From Myxococcales bacterium (GTDB lineage Bacteria > Myxococcota_A > Polyangia > Polyangiales > Polyangiaceae), in contig JAYTOU010000040.1 of NCBI GenBank assembly GCA_043747615.1, positions 10,541-74,540 on the forward strand: a stretch of DNA of 64,000 bases. The letters are read 5' to 3'. Below, piece after piece: positions 28,524 through 41,400 of this stretch; position 1 is the first letter of the stretch, and every line of letters starts with the position of its first letter. The notes under the pieces are model-generated. The model saw only the letters and a list, made by a program, of their open reading frames with translations. It made no database searches and was not told where the DNA came from. The position numbers were made by a program, and so were the translations under genes.

Positions 28524-29696
28524 ATGAGAACCCATTCGATTGCTTTAGCGTTACTGATCTCTTTCGTGCCCGTCGCTCTACCCACGCTCGCGATCGCGCA
28601 GCCCATCGTAGATGACGCGACCACGAAGGCGGCACGCGCCCGCTTCCAGGAAGGCGTCGATGCCTTCGACAAGGGTCAATACGAAAACGCGCGCGCCGCC
28701 TTTCTCCAAGCCTACGCGCTCCGGAAACACCCGGCAGTGCTCCTCAACCTCGCGCAGAGCTCGCTCAAGTCCGGGCACGCCATCGAGTCGCTCAAATATT
28801 TCCAGCAGTACCTCCGTGAATCGGCCAACCTTACGCCGCAGCAAAAAGCGGACGCCGAGAAGGGCATCGCCGAAGCGCGCACCAAGCTTGGACGCCTCGA
28901 AATCTCGGCACCGACGGGCGCGGAGATCAGCGTCGACAACGATCGCGTGGGCAACGCTCCACTGTCTGAGCCCGTCGACGTCGAAGTGGGGAGTCACTCC
29001 GTCCGCGCGCGTTACGCCGACGGCACTGCCGAAGGAAAAACGGTCGGCGTGAACATCGGAGAAAAAACGGCGGTGAAGTTTGGCGCGAGCGCCGGTGCTG
29101 CCGTCGTCCCCGTGCCTGGCGTGGTGCCGACGCCTCCTGCGAGCGTGCCTGCATCGCCGCCGCCGGCGCCCCCGCCGCAAGACGCGGTCGTAAGCCCTGC
29201 ACCGACGCCGCCGCCTCCCGGCGCCGACACCGGGGCCGCGGCATCAAAAAAGAATCTATTTGCTCCGCCTAAAACGATGATCCCGGTGTACGTCGGCGGC
29301 GCGATGGTCGCTCTCGGCGTCATCGATGCAGTGGTCTTCGCCATCTTCAAAGCAGACGCCCAGAGCAAAGCCGACTCGGTTGCGAACGAGATCCGCACCC
29401 ACAAAAATCCGTCGCCGCCGTCGAACGTCTGCGGCCCCCCGGTGAAGAACGGCGCCTTTGCCGGCGCCTGCGCTGCCCTGCAAGACAACAACAACAAGGT
29501 CGACCAAGATGCGCTCTTCGCGAACATCGGCATTGGAGTCGCCGTCGCGGGTGCGGTCCTCGGAGTCGGTTGGTATCTCCTCGCTCCAAAAAAGGAAGAT
29601 GCCGCACCGCCCCTGTCCGCGTGGAAGTCCGTTCCGAAGATCGCCCCCATGCTCGGCGCGAGCACCCGCGGCCTCTCCCTCACCGGCGAGTTCTAA
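28524..29696 (+). CDS. Exported TPR plus PEGA domain protein with C-terminal hydrophobic hairpin
   Basis: Signal peptide; TPR ARFQEGVDAF...AVLLNLAQ; PEGA GAEISVDN..VGNAPL..VGSHSV; two Gly-rich hydrophobic helices; ends LSLTGEF. Confidence 0.8.
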   Translation: MRTHSIALALLISFVPVALPTLAIAQPIVDDATTKAARARFQEGVDAFDKGQYENARAAFLQAYALRKHPAVLLNLAQSSLKSGHAIESLKYFQQYLRESANLTPQQKADAEKGIAEARTKLGRLEISAPTGAEISVDNDRVGNAPLSEPVDVEVGSHSVRARYADGTAEGKTVGVNIGEKTAVKFGASAGAAVVPVPGVVPTPPASVPASPPPAPPPQDAVVSPAPTPPPPGADTGAAASKKNLFAPPKTMIPVYVGGAMVALGVIDAVVFAIFKADAQSKADSVANEIRTHKNPSPPSNVCGPPVKNGAFAGACAALQDNNNKVDQDALFANIGIGVAVAGAVLGVGWYLLAPKKEDAAPPLSAWKSVPKIAPMLGASTRGLSLTGEF

Positions 29697-29702
29697 AGCG
29701 TA

Positions 29703-31040
29703 TCAAGGATAGCGAAGAATCCGCGCCGTACCCGGGACCATTCCGTCAGTGGCCTCCGGTCGAAGGAGCGCGACGGCGTAACAGGCATGCTCGTCACACC
29801 CGGCGTCGACGAGCGCATCTGCCGGAGCCGAGATGCGAGTCACGTCGGAGACGGTCTCTCCGTTCAACGTCACGAAGGCCAGGCTGGCGATCGGCGGATC
29901 GATTGGAGTCTTTTTCGTCGGACGCTCGGGCCACGCGACGACCCACGAATCCTTCGCTCCGCCGGGCGCCGCGCCTTGCGTCACGAAACCCGTCCAAAAT
30001 GGGCCTATTTCCGTTCCGCACTCTGCAGCCGCGAGCTTCGACTCCGTCTCCGGAGCTCCGCCGGCGCGCCGCGCGACGAGGGCACGCAGCGTGGTTCGAC
30101 CATCCGTGCCGCTGGAACATTCGCCAGCGACGTCGCGCGTGAATGCAATGAGGAGAGAGCCGCCGTGCGCATCGACCGCCACGACGTCATCGTCGTGATG
30201 AAGCCTGTGCGCAAGCTTGTGCGACGGCAGAACCCGCTCGCCTTGTACTTCGCGAAAGTCGACGACGCCCGACGGTGACGTGCGCACTACGCCAAGATCG
30301 TCGGTCGCAGTGTACTCGATGTGCTCGCATCCCTCGTCGCAATCCTTTTGACGGAGCAGCATCTCCGCCGCGCCGCCGCTCGTGCGCGCGAGCGCGAGTG
30401 TGTCGTCTCCTTCCATGAGCGCGAAGGTTCGATGCAAGCCGCAGGCAATCGAAGGGTCGACGTCGGGTGGGTATACGAAGAGCTCGTGCGACTTCGCCTC
30501 CGCCCAGCCGCGGGTGCGCACGTGCGAGAGGCGATCAGCGCCGCGCACGACCCACGACGGACCGTCGGCCGTTGCGCAAGCGGTCGGACCCACCTCCTCG
30601 GCGTCTCCGCGCGTCTGACCGTCCGGCGTGATGCTCAGCAGCTCTCGAACCGGCTTCCCGCCGTGAAGTCCTTTCCAGTACAAGAACGCGCTTCCGTCCG
30701 CGCCGGCGTACAAACGCACTTCGGCATCCGGTGTCCAGCTAGCGGCGAGCAGGATGTCGCGCGTCCAGACCGTCGTTCCACCCGGGTCGACACGCAGGAG
30801 CGTGATCGCTGCACGACGAACGACGAGCCCGGCGACGAGAATCGATCCGTCCGGAAGATGAACGGCAGCGATCGGCGCAGAGAGCGGCGCACTGCTCTCA
30901 CGATGCGTGCTTGGCCCCGTCGCGAGCGCGACGTTTCCATCGAGAGGCGCTGCATCCCCCGCGCTCCCCTTGCCCGCGCATGTGCATCCGCTGAACGCGG
31001 CGACGAGCTGAAAAGCCAGGAGAGTGGGCGCAGCCCGCAT
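29703..31040 (-). CDS. Hypothetical exported/lipoprotein
   Basis: Signal ending FSGC; beta-rich; fills the gap between convergent genes. Confidence 0.65.
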   Translation of the reverse strand: MRAAPTLLAFQLVAAFSGCTCAGKGSAGDAAPLDGNVALATGPSTHRESSAPLSAPIAAVHLPDGSILVAGLVVRRAAITLLRVDPGGTTVWTRDILLAASWTPDAEVRLYAGADGSAFLYWKGLHGGKPVRELLSITPDGQTRGDAEEVGPTACATADGPSWVVRGADRLSHVRTRGWAEAKSHELFVYPPDVDPSIACGLHRTFALMEGDDTLALARTSGGAAEMLLRQKDCDEGCEHIEYTATDDLGVVRTSPSGVVDFREVQGERVLPSHKLAHRLHHDDDVVAVDAHGGSLLIAFTRDVAGECSSGTDGRTTLRALVARRAGGAPETESKLAAAECGTEIGPFWTGFVTQGAAPGGAKDSWVVAWPERPTKKTPIDPPIASLAFVTLNGETVSDVTRISAPADALVDAGCDEHACYAVALLRPEATDGMVPGTARILRYP

Positions 31041-31060
31041 GGAAAACTTATAGATGCTCC

Positions 31061-32413
31061 TCAGCTTCCGAGCAGAACTTTCCTAAAAGTGGTGCGGGGA
31101 ACGTTCGCCGCGCGCGCCGCCGCGCTCATGTTCTCGCCGTGCTGCGTCCAGATCGTCTTGGCGAGTGCCGGGGTCAACGCCAGAGGACCGCGCTCTTTTC
31201 GTGCACGAATTGCGCGCTCGACGTCGGCACCTTCGATGGTCTCGCTCCCCTCGGCAACGTCCGCCGCGCGAACGAGCACGTTGCGAAGCTCACGCACATT
31301 TCCTGGCCAGTCGTGGTCAGCGAGCCGAGCAAGCGCGCTCGACGAAAGACTCCGCTTGCCAATCTCCTCTCTTGCCTCTGCGAGCAGCCGGCGCGCGATC
31401 GGTGCAATGTCTCCGCGCCGATCACGGAGAGCCGGCGCTTCGACCACGAACACTTCGAGACGATGAAACAGATCCCTCCTGAACCCGCCCGCCGCCACGC
31501 GCTCCTCGAGCGGCACGTGCGTCGCAGCCACGACACGCACGTTTGCCCGCGCTCCGCTCCCGCTTCCACCAATGCGACGCACCTCGTAGCCATCGAGCGC
31601 GCGAAGAAGCTTCGGTTGCGCGTCCAGCGGCAGCTCCCCGATCTCGTCGAGGAAGAGCGTACCCCCTTCCGCTTCGGCGAAAGCGCCCGCCCGCCGGTTC
31701 ACGGCCCCTGTGAACGAACCTCTCTCGTGTCCGAACAGCTCGCTCTCCACGAGCTCGCGAGGAAGCGCGGCCACGTTGATCACCACGAAGGGCTGAGAGG
31801 CCCGCGGCCCCTCGGCGTGCAGCGCTCGCGCGATCAGCTCTTTCCCCGTCCCTGTTTCGCCGCGGATGAGCACCGGCGCCGAGTACCGAGCCAAACGCCT
31901 GACCTGAGCAGCGAGCTTTCGCATTGGAAACGAAGCGCCAGCAATCTTCTCGAGAGGCTCTTGTGCAGCCATATTGTCGGTCAATTCAATGCTCGCCTCG
32001 GAGCAGATGAGCGTGCTTCGCCCGAGGATAATCGTCGTTCCCAGACCGGCCCACGCTTCCTTCACGCGAGCGTTCCCAACGAAGGTCCCGTTCTTCGATC
32101 CGAGATCCTCGATGGCGATGCCGTTCCCAAGAACGCTGACCGCGCAGTGGCGAGCGCTGACGGTGGGATCGCGGACGATGATGTCCGCTCGCGGCGAGCT
32201 CCCTACCGTCAGACGCGAAGTGCCGACCGGAACGTGCCGCGCACCCTCGTCGTCCTGCAGCTCGAGGATCCACGAGTGCGAGCGCGGGGTCTTGGGAATC
32301 TCGAGCGTGGTGGAGGACTCGCCGTCCTTGGCTCGCACCGCCCAGTCTTCAGGCGAGAGCGAAGACTGCGCAGAATCCTTGAGTACGGAGATGAGATCGA
32401 TGGGTCGACGCAT
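31061..32413 (-). CDS. FHA-domain sigma54-dependent transcriptional activator
   Basis: [19 protein letters not shown]+: [39 protein letters not shown]-terminal Fis-type HTH. Confidence 0.93.
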   Translation of the reverse strand: MRRPIDLISVLKDSAQSSLSPEDWAVRAKDGESSTTLEIPKTPRSHSWILELQDDEGARHVPVGTSRLTVGSSPRADIIVRDPTVSARHCAVSVLGNGIAIEDLGSKNGTFVGNARVKEAWAGLGTTIILGRSTLICSEASIELTDNMAAQEPLEKIAGASFPMRKLAAQVRRLARYSAPVLIRGETGTGKELIARALHAEGPRASQPFVVINVAALPRELVESELFGHERGSFTGAVNRRAGAFAEAEGGTLFLDEIGELPLDAQPKLLRALDGYEVRRIGGSGSGARANVRVVAATHVPLEERVAAGGFRRDLFHRLEVFVVEAPALRDRRGDIAPIARRLLAEAREEIGKRSLSSSALARLADHDWPGNVRELRNVLVRAADVAEGSETIEGADVERAIRARKERGPLALTPALAKTIWTQHGENMSAAARAANVPRTTFRKVLLGS

Positions 32414-32467
32414 GCCGGCCCATCGACGCGACCGCGATGAAAGTTGCTACACGGTCGTCCGACGCGG

Positions 32468-35400
32468 TTATCCGACGGCGATGCCGAGGGTCTTGCGCAG
32501 CGTGAAGTACTGCTCGCTCACGGAGAAGATGATGAGCTCCTTCAGCTTGTCGGCCGGAGGCAAATCGCCGGGGAGCTGCGGCTCGGCGGCGATGATCTTC
32601 TTGGCGATCTCCAGGTCCGCACACAGAAGTAGACCAGCGCGGGCGGAGGTGACCTCGACGGTTTGCATCCAGCGTTTGAGATCCGCCTTTGCGCCGTCCT
32701 GCACGAACTTCTGCACGACTATGCGCAGCGAATCGCGCTGAATGGGCTGCATGTGTTTCACGAGCTCGGCAGTCGTCTGGCCAACGGCTTGGGCCATTTC
32801 CGCGGGCACTGCAAAATCGGTCATCACGATCTTGATGGCCGAGAACAGCATGACCTTGAGCTCGTTCAGCGTCGGGAACAGATTCCGGATGTAATGCTCA
32901 CCTCGGTAATACGAGAGGTGCTTGCCGACGATGAAGGTCAGCTCTTGGGGCGTGAACCCCGTGAGCACCGTCTGGCCGGCCACGCTTGCCGGAGGGCTGG
33001 CAGGAACCGCGACGAGCGCACCTGCCACGTCATTGCGTACGTAGAGCTCGGGGAGCGGCACACCGAGCACTTGCGCCGCCCAGCCAAACGTCTTGGCGAA
33101 GGTAACCGTGCTCGTCGCCGGATCTTGCTTGAAGCGCTTGTCGAGCACCGGAAGCTGGCGCGCACCGCGAAGCTGGTTCGTCTTTGCGACGATCGCCGCG
33201 GGGGTGATCATCTCGAAGATCTTGCCGACGAAGAGGTTCTCGTCCTTGTGGAAGAGGTTCTTGATCCACTGCTCGTTGTCGAGGCGGCTCTTCACCTGGA
33301 TCATGCCGCGAGGGCGGTAATCCTCGAAGAAACGCTGCTCTTCCTCGTCCGCCTTGTGGAGGAACGCGAGGGCCGCGCACATGCACCATGCGCGATCGTA
33401 CTCGTGCTGCTTCAGATACAGCTTGTACAGGCTGCGGTACGGATCGACCCGCATCGGATCTTTTTGGAGGACGATGGCGTGCTCGCCGATCGCCGCTTCC
33501 ATCTGGTCGGTGGATTCGAAGAGCTCGGCCAAGATCTGCCGCTCGACGGCCTCGTCCGGCTTGAATCGCGTAGCCATCTTGAACGCTTCGATCGCGCTGT
33601 TCGTGTCGCTCAAGCGATCGCGGTAGATGAGCCCGAGGTTGTGCCAGAGGTTGTACTCGAGCTCGGGGTTGCTGGCGTTCGCCGCCGACAGACGGCGGAG
33701 CATCTTGCGGAACGCGCGCTCGAGCGCCTTCCAATCCTTCTTGGAGGTGAGGATCTTGTTGATGCGCTCGAAGGCCTCGAGGAACGTCGGATTGAGATCG
33801 AGCGCCTCGTTGAAGAGCTCGACGGCGCGATCCTGGTCGCCCTCCTTGTCGCGGTAGATCTGGGCCATCGTGTAGAGGAACTTGCTCTTCCTCCCCGGGT
33901 CCTTCTCCATGTCCGCGATGGTGGCGATGGTGTCGATCATCTTCGCCCAATTCTCCGTCGCCTGGTAGAGCGCGAGGAGCTTGTGCAGAAGCACGTGATG
34001 CGAAGGGTTGATGTCCCTCGCCTCTTCGAGTGCTTCGATCGATTTTAGCGGGCTCTTGTCGTTGTCCTGCCAGATATCGCCGATCTCGAGGAGGACCTTG
34101 AAGCGCTCTTCGCCATCGAAGACGTTGTCGAGGATCTGACGCTTGTACGCGACGACCTGCTTCCAGTCCTTGAGCTCGAAATACAGGGAGACGAGCGCTT
34201 CCAGCGTGGGCCGATGAGCGGCATCGACCCCGAGCGCCCTTTCGAAATTGTTGATGGCCTGCTTGGCCTGCCCTTGCTCGCGCTTGATGCAACCGAGCTT
34301 GAAGTAGACGTCGGCGCGGGCTTCGGTCTCGCTCTCGCCGAGTGACGTGAGCACCTTCTGGAAGTTGGTGAGCGCGCCGCCCCAGTCCTTCAGGCGGAAT
34401 GAGACTTCGGCAAGTCCGCGAATCGTAGCTTGGTCGGTGAGATCGAGCTGATGGGCCGCGCTGTACGCCTTGAAGGCTTTGTCATCCTTGCCGAGGGCCG
34501 AGGTCACGATGCCGAGCTTGTTCTGCAGCTCGTGCTGCTCTCCGCGCTCGCGTTTTCCGGCCTTGCGGACGAGTAGATCGAGGAGCGGCTCGGCCTTGTC
34601 CCAAATTTCGCGAGTGATGTACTCGTCGACGAGCGGAAGCGCTGCGTCTTCGTTCTCGTCGTCGGCCTCGTGGGCGGCTTCCCAAGCAAGAACAGCGCTG
34701 TCGTGATCGCCGAGCGATTCCTCACGCAGGCGACCGAGTTCGACGAGGAGCTTGGCGCGCGGGCGAGGTGCCGTGGTGTAGCTTTGCTCCTGATCGAGGT
34801 AGCGGGCGGCCTTGTCGAAGTCCGCGTTGTCGATGGCAATGAGCCGGAGCGCGGTGAGTGACGGCAAGTGCGCCGGCTCGAGATCGAGAGCCATCTCGTA
34901 GCGGTCCTGGGCCGCAACGCGATCGCCTAGCTTCTCGTCGTGAGCTTTGCCGATCCGGTAGAAAGACTCGACGCGCTGCTTCGTGTCCTGCGTGAGATCG
35001 GCAACGCGGGTCATGAACTCGATCGACTGATTGGCGTCTCCTTGCTTGTCGTAAAGCTTGGAGAGCGCGTCGAGCGCCGGGATGTTCGTCTCGTCGAGGT
35101 CGACGATGTTGCGGTACGCGTCGATGGCGCGCTCCACGTCCTCGACCTCGTCGGCGTAGACTTGGGCGATCGCTCCGTAGAGCCCGGCCTTCGTCTTGCG
35201 GTCGACCGTGGCCGCCACGTGACGCTCGTACGCGTTGATCAGCTCGAGCCACTGACGGAGCTTTCGATAGTTCCGTTCGAGAGCAAAATAAGCCTCTTCG
35301 TGGTTCGCGTCGATCTCGAGGACCTGCTCGAGGCGCTGCGCGGCGATGTCGGCCTTGAGGAAGTGCTCCTCCTGCATGTTCGCGAGGTGCATCAGCACGT

Positions 35401-38400
35401 CGATCCGCTCACGCTCCGTCGCGACGACATCGAGCTGGGCCTCGAGGATCTTCACGAGCTCCGCCCACTGGTTGAGGAGCTCGTACACTCGGGCGAGGCC
35501 GCGCATGCCCTGGAGGTTCGCCGCGTCGACGTCGAGTACCTCGCGGTAGACGACAGCTGCCTTCGTGGGGTCGTTCAGGTTCGTCTCGTAGAGCGAGCCT
35601 ACGCGCAGCTTCGTCGTCGCGATCTGCACCGGGTCGGTGAGAGCGGGAACTTTGCGCTGGAGGACGTCCACCAGCTCGCGATTTTGCCCTTTGGCACCGT
35701 AGATCCGTTCGAGGTTCTCGAGCGCGGGGATATATTGAGGATCTACTTCGAGCGCGCGCTGGAAGTACGAAATAGCCTGGTCGGTCTGCGACATCTGCGA
35801 GTCGAGCAGCTCGCCGAGCTCGGTCATGATCTCTTTGCGGTCGACGTCTGCGATGGCCACGTCGAGCGCGCGAGTGAGCGTCGCGCCAAGCTGCTGCCAG
35901 TTCGCACTCTTCCGATAGAGCTGCCCCATTTGCCGCAACGCGCCGACGTTGTTCGGATCGAGCTGAACGATCTGCGCGTAGTAAGGCTGCGCAAACTCGG
36001 GATGGCCGAGGTCGTCGCCGTACCACTTGGCGAGGTGGAGGCAGAGACGGATCTTCTGCTTGGGATCCGTCTGCTCCTTCAACCACGTGTTCGCGGTCTG
36101 AATAACCTCACCCCAGCGCCCCGTGGCCTGGGCCATGCGTTCGAGATACTTCGCGGTCTCTCGGTCGTGGAAATCTTCGCCGAGCGCGTTGATAAGCGCG
36201 TCGAGCGCCTGGTTCTTGTCGTCGAGATGCTCTTCGAAGACGCGAGCGATTTTGCGCAGTAGCTCGGTCTTTTCTGCGGCTTCCTCACGTGACTCGAGAC
36301 GCCCAAGATAAAGCTCGATCTGCGGCTCCCAGCGGCTCGCCGTGGTGTGGCGCTTCTCGAGCTCGACGAACGCTTCGTCGCTCGTGGGCTCGACCTCGAG
36401 GATTTTCTGGTAGGCCAGCGTGGCCGAATCCGGCTCGAGCAACGTCTCGGTCCAGATGAAGGCGACGGTCCGAAACTCTTCGACCTTCTCGAGCGGGTCC
36501 GCGAGCGCCCCGGCGCGCTGCATCTTGACGTCGATGACGTCGGTCCATTTTTCTTCGGACCGGTAGATTGCCTCTAGGGCATCCATGGCCTCGAAGTCGG
36601 GCCCCACTTCGAGGAGCTTGCGCCACGCATCGGCGGCGTCGAACGGCTGCTGCAGCTGCTCGCCGTAGGTCTTTCCGAGCTCGCGGAAAATCTCCTTGAG
36701 CTGGTCTTCGTCGAGCAGAGTCGAGGCGCGATCCACCATCTGATGGAGGGCAGCAACGAGCTCTGCCGGATCCTGCTGGCGGCGACGGATCGCGGAGATC
36801 GACCGCAAGGCGGCGAGGTTCGCGTAGTCGATGTCGAGCACGCGATTCCAATCCTCGAGGGCAAGCTCGTCTTTCTGGAGCTTGTCGCTGAAGATTCGTG
36901 CACGTCTCGTGAGGATGTTGACGCGATCGTCGTCGCTCGGAGCAATCTCGAATTGCCTCTCGAGGATCTCCACGAGCTCGCGCCACAGTTGCTGCGTGTC
37001 GTAGAGGTTGGAGAGGGCCAGGAGGGCTTCGGGGTCCTCGCCGCGAAGATCGAGAACGATCTTCCACGTGTCGATCGCGCGCTGCGGCTCCGCGAGCTTG
37101 TCCGACGCAAGATGGGCGATTTTTGCGCGAATTTCTGCCTCTGCGACGTCGCCCGAGGCGTTTGCGAGCTCGCGCTCGAAGACGTTGTTGAGCTCGACCC
37201 AGTTGCCGAGTTGGGCGAAGATCCGGCCGAGCGCGGCGACAGCCCCCTCGTGCGTCTTGTCGAGGTCGTCGAAGATCCGACGGTAGGATCGGATGGAGTC
37301 CGCAGTCTGATTGAGGCGCTCCTCGTAGATTTCACCGAGACGCGCGTAGAGATCGACCAGCTCGAGTTTATCGGTGGTCGCCTTGACCCGCATCTCGAGG
37401 ATTGCGCCGAGGTCGGCCCAGGACTCGATCGAGAGGTAGATGCGATCGAGGTTGGCAAGCGCGTCGACGTCGAGCGGCTCGACGCTGAGAACGTATTTGT
37501 AGGTCTCTTCGGCCTTGGTGATGTCGCCGAGCTCGTCCTCGAACGTCTTGGCGAGGCGCTTTCCGATCGCGCGCTGCACACCGGGATCGCTGTGGGCCCC
37601 GAGGACATCAGCGTACGAATTGGCGAGCGTCTCCCAGCCGCCGTCGACGGTAGCCGCGAGGCGGGGCGCGTCCTCCCCGGTGCGCTCGTCGAGTGGGTAC
37701 TCTTTGAGCGAACGGAGGTAGACGTTGAGCGTTGACGCATTGTCGAGGAGCTTCTCCTCGTACAGCTCTGCGATCCGGTAGTAGGCCGCGAGGCGTTCTT
37801 CTTCGCCGCCGATGCTCAGGCCGCCGGGACCTTCGCCCGCGGTCGCCGGGATGTGCGTGAGCTGCGCTTCGTAGACCCTCGAGAGCTTCTCCCACTCACC
37901 AGTGGCGCGGTAGAGCGGCTCGAGAATTTCCGCGATTTCGAGCTGTTTTACGCCCGTTCCGAAGAGGACCTCGAGCGCCTCAAGCGTCGCCACGTGCTCC
38001 GGTGCGGCGTTCAGGACATCGCGGTACGCGGCGATCGCGGCGTCGAGATCGTTCAAGCGCAGCTGCTGCACTTGGCCCAGGCGGTACTTGAACTCCAGGA
38101 TCTCGTCGGGGGTCTGACCGATCTCGCTCTCGCGCGACAAGATGTGCGCGAGGTCTTTCCAGCGCGACGTCTGGACGAATAGCCGATCGAGCGCGCGGAT
38201 GGCGTTCTGGTTCTCGGCGTCGATCTCCAGCACCCGGCGGTAGCGGATGATGCTGTTGTCGACGTCCTCGAGCTGCACTTCGAAGATTTGCGCAGTGCGG
38301 AGGCCAAGCTCCACGAAGCGCTCGGGGTTGTCGGCTAGCTTGTCGAGCTCTGCGTCGTAGAGCGCCGCCACCTCGGGCCAACGATTCACGACCATCGCCA

Positions 38401-41400
38401 GACGTTCGAGATTCTGCAGCGTCAGCTCGTTGCCGTTGTCGAGGGCGAGGGCCCGCGCATACGTATCGAACGCCGACGCGTGATTGTCGACCGCGTCCTC
38501 GTAAAGACGCGAGATCCGGTGGAGGAGATCCACCTTCTGGAACGGATCGGTCGCGTGCTGGACCTGCACTTCATGAACGCTGATCAGCATCGGCCAGTTG
38601 CTTGCCGCTTCGTAGACCGGCTCGAGAACTGCTGCCGCGCCGAGAGGATCCTTGTCTCCGCTCTTGAGGCCCTCGAGGGCGCGCAAGGTGGGCTCGTGAT
38701 CGGGCTGCTGCCCGAGTATGTCGCGGTAAAGCTCGACGGAGCGTGCGACGTCCTCGAGGCGCTTCTCGTAGAGCTCGGCGATCCGGTACTGAAAGCTGAT
38801 CGCCTCCTGCTGGTCGGCGGTCATCTCGCTCTCGCGGGTGAGCACGCCCATCAGCTCCTGCCAAGACTGAGCTTGCTCGTAGAGCACGTCGAGCCTGGAG
38901 AGCGCTTGAAGGTCGTCGGGATCGAGCTCGAGGATCTTCTGATAGGTGTCGATTGCCTTCGGCACATCGCCGAGCTCGCGCTCGTAGACCGCGCCGACTT
39001 GGTAATAGATGCGCTTCTTCTCTTCCGCGTCGACGACGAGATCCGCTTTTTTGGCGTAAATCCCCATCAAATCAGCCCAGCGTGAGAGGCCGAGGTACCG
39101 TTTGATCAGCGCGTCGAGAGCGCGGACGTCATCGGAGTCGAGCTCCAGCACTTTGTTGTAGACTGCAATCGCTGACTCGGGACGATCGAGGACGTCCTCC
39201 TCGATGGCTGCTGCCTGGAAGAGCGCTTCCTTCTTCTCGAGGAGGTGATCCAGGATCTCCGACTTCTTCTGAAGGACGAGAGACAGATCGGCGTAACGCT
39301 CCGTCGTGCGGAACAGGCGCTCGAGTGACTCGGCCGCCGGAAGGTTGAACGCGTCGATCTCCAGCACCCGGCGGTACAGGCTGATTGCCACTTCGACGTC
39401 TCGCAGGTCGTGCTCGTAGACACGCGCGCTCATCATGTAGAGCGAGCTGGCGAGGGTGGGCGGTTCACCGCTTGCGGCGCCCGCCGTCACGAGCTGCTCG
39501 GCGAGGCCCTGGAAGACCTGCGCGAGGTCCGCGAATCGACCGGTGGCGCGGGCCACGCGATCGAGGCCTTGCTGGGTAACCTCGTTTGCGGGATCTTCTT
39601 TTAGTGCGCGGGCGAGCGTGGCAAAGGACGCGTTCAGGTCGCCTGCGGCGTCCTCGTGGAGCTGCGCCACCTGGTGAAGGAGCTCGACCCGGCGCGACGG
39701 ATCGTCGCTCCGACGGACTTGCACTTCGTGGACGCCAATGAGCTTCGCGTAGTCCCCGAGGTGCCGGTAGAGCGGCTCGAGGAGATCGGCGATGGTCAGC
39801 TCGTACTGCGGATCGCGGCCCAATCGCTCGAGCGCAGCGAGCGCGGGAGGGTTCGAGGGAGCACGCTCGAGGATCGCGCGGTACCCTTCGATGGCCGTGT
39901 CAACTTGGCCCATCTCCGTTTCGCGCAGAGCGGCCAGGCGGAGCATGAGGGCGAGCTGCTCCTCGTCACCTGCGGCGAGCGCGAGCTGGGACTCGAGGTT
40001 CTCCGCGAGCTCCATCCACATCTTCTGTCGAGTGAAGAGGGCGTCGAGGGCCGCGAGGGCGCGAACGCTCGAAGGATCGAGCTCGAGCACCTTCTTGTAA
40101 GAGCCGACGGCTTCTTCGAGGTTCGACAGCCGCTGGTCGTAGATCTGTGCTTGCTGAACGAGCAAAGCTTCTTGGGCTTCGGGCTCGGCGGCCTGATCGA
40201 TGCGCCGCTGGATGACTCCGATGAGGTCGGTCCATCGCTCCGTTCGGGTGAAGAGCTGCTCGAGGGCCGCGAGGGCCTCGACGTCGGTGGCGTCCAGCGA
40301 CAAGACGTGGAGATAGCCCTTCGCAGCGTCGTCGATTTGACCGAGCCGCTCGTCAATCGCGGCAACGCGCATCCAGTAGTCACGCGCGAGCTGAGCATCG
40401 CTGAGGCTCTCGGCGATCTCTTCGTAGAGGGTTACGAGCTTCTTCCACGACTCGGACGTCGCGGCGATTTGCTCGAGCTCGGCCCGCGTTTCCGGAAGCG
40501 CGGGATCATCCTTGAGCGCTGCAGCGAGAGCATCGAATGCCCGTGCATAGTCTTCGAGAGAGCCCGCGCTGATTCGCGCGATCTTCCTCTGGAGCTGGAC
40601 GCGCTTGAGCGTATCCGTCTCGCTCGAGCACAAAATTTCGAGTGACGAGATCAGCTTCGCCCAATCGTTTCGCTCTTCGTAGATCGACTCGAGGATCGCA
40701 GCCGCGTCGGACTTGAGAGTGGGGTGCGTGAGGAGAGCTTCGAGAGCCACCCGCGCTCCCTCGTGCTGCGAGTTGAGGAAGAGGATCTCCCGGTAATTCT
40801 CGAGTGCGCCTGCAGCGTCGTCGACGTGCTTCTCGAGCGTGGTCCCGAGACGGAACTTCAGATCGATGAGCTCAGCTTCGCCGTTGTCGAGCTCGATGCG
40901 CCGTCGCAACGTCTCGACGTAAGGTTCCCAGCGTTCGAGCTGACCGTAAAGAACGTCGAGGTGGGCAAGCGCGGGCGCATCGGTCGGCTCGTCTTCGAGC
41001 ACCGCGTTGTACGTCTCGATTGCCTTGTCGACGTCTTTGATTTCGGTCTCGAAGAGCTTGGCGATCTCGTAGTTGATCTGCTTTCTCTGAACTGGATCCA
41101 GCGTCATATCCCGCTGTTTTTCGTAGATCCCCAGAAGGTCGGTGTAGCGCGAGGTCTGGCGGTAAAGACGCTCGAGGGCGGCGATGGCGAGAGCGTTCTC
41201 ACCGTCGGCTTCGTAGACCGCGCGGTACGCGACGAGCGCGTCATCCACCCGCGAAACTTCGTCGACGAGGATACGGCCGAGCCTGAGACGCAAGGTCACG
41301 CCGAGATCGGCGTAGCCATCGGAGTCCGCCGAGTCGATCGCCCGTGTGTAGCTCTCGATCAACTTCTCCCAGCCGCCGGTGCTCTTGGCTGCACGCTCTA

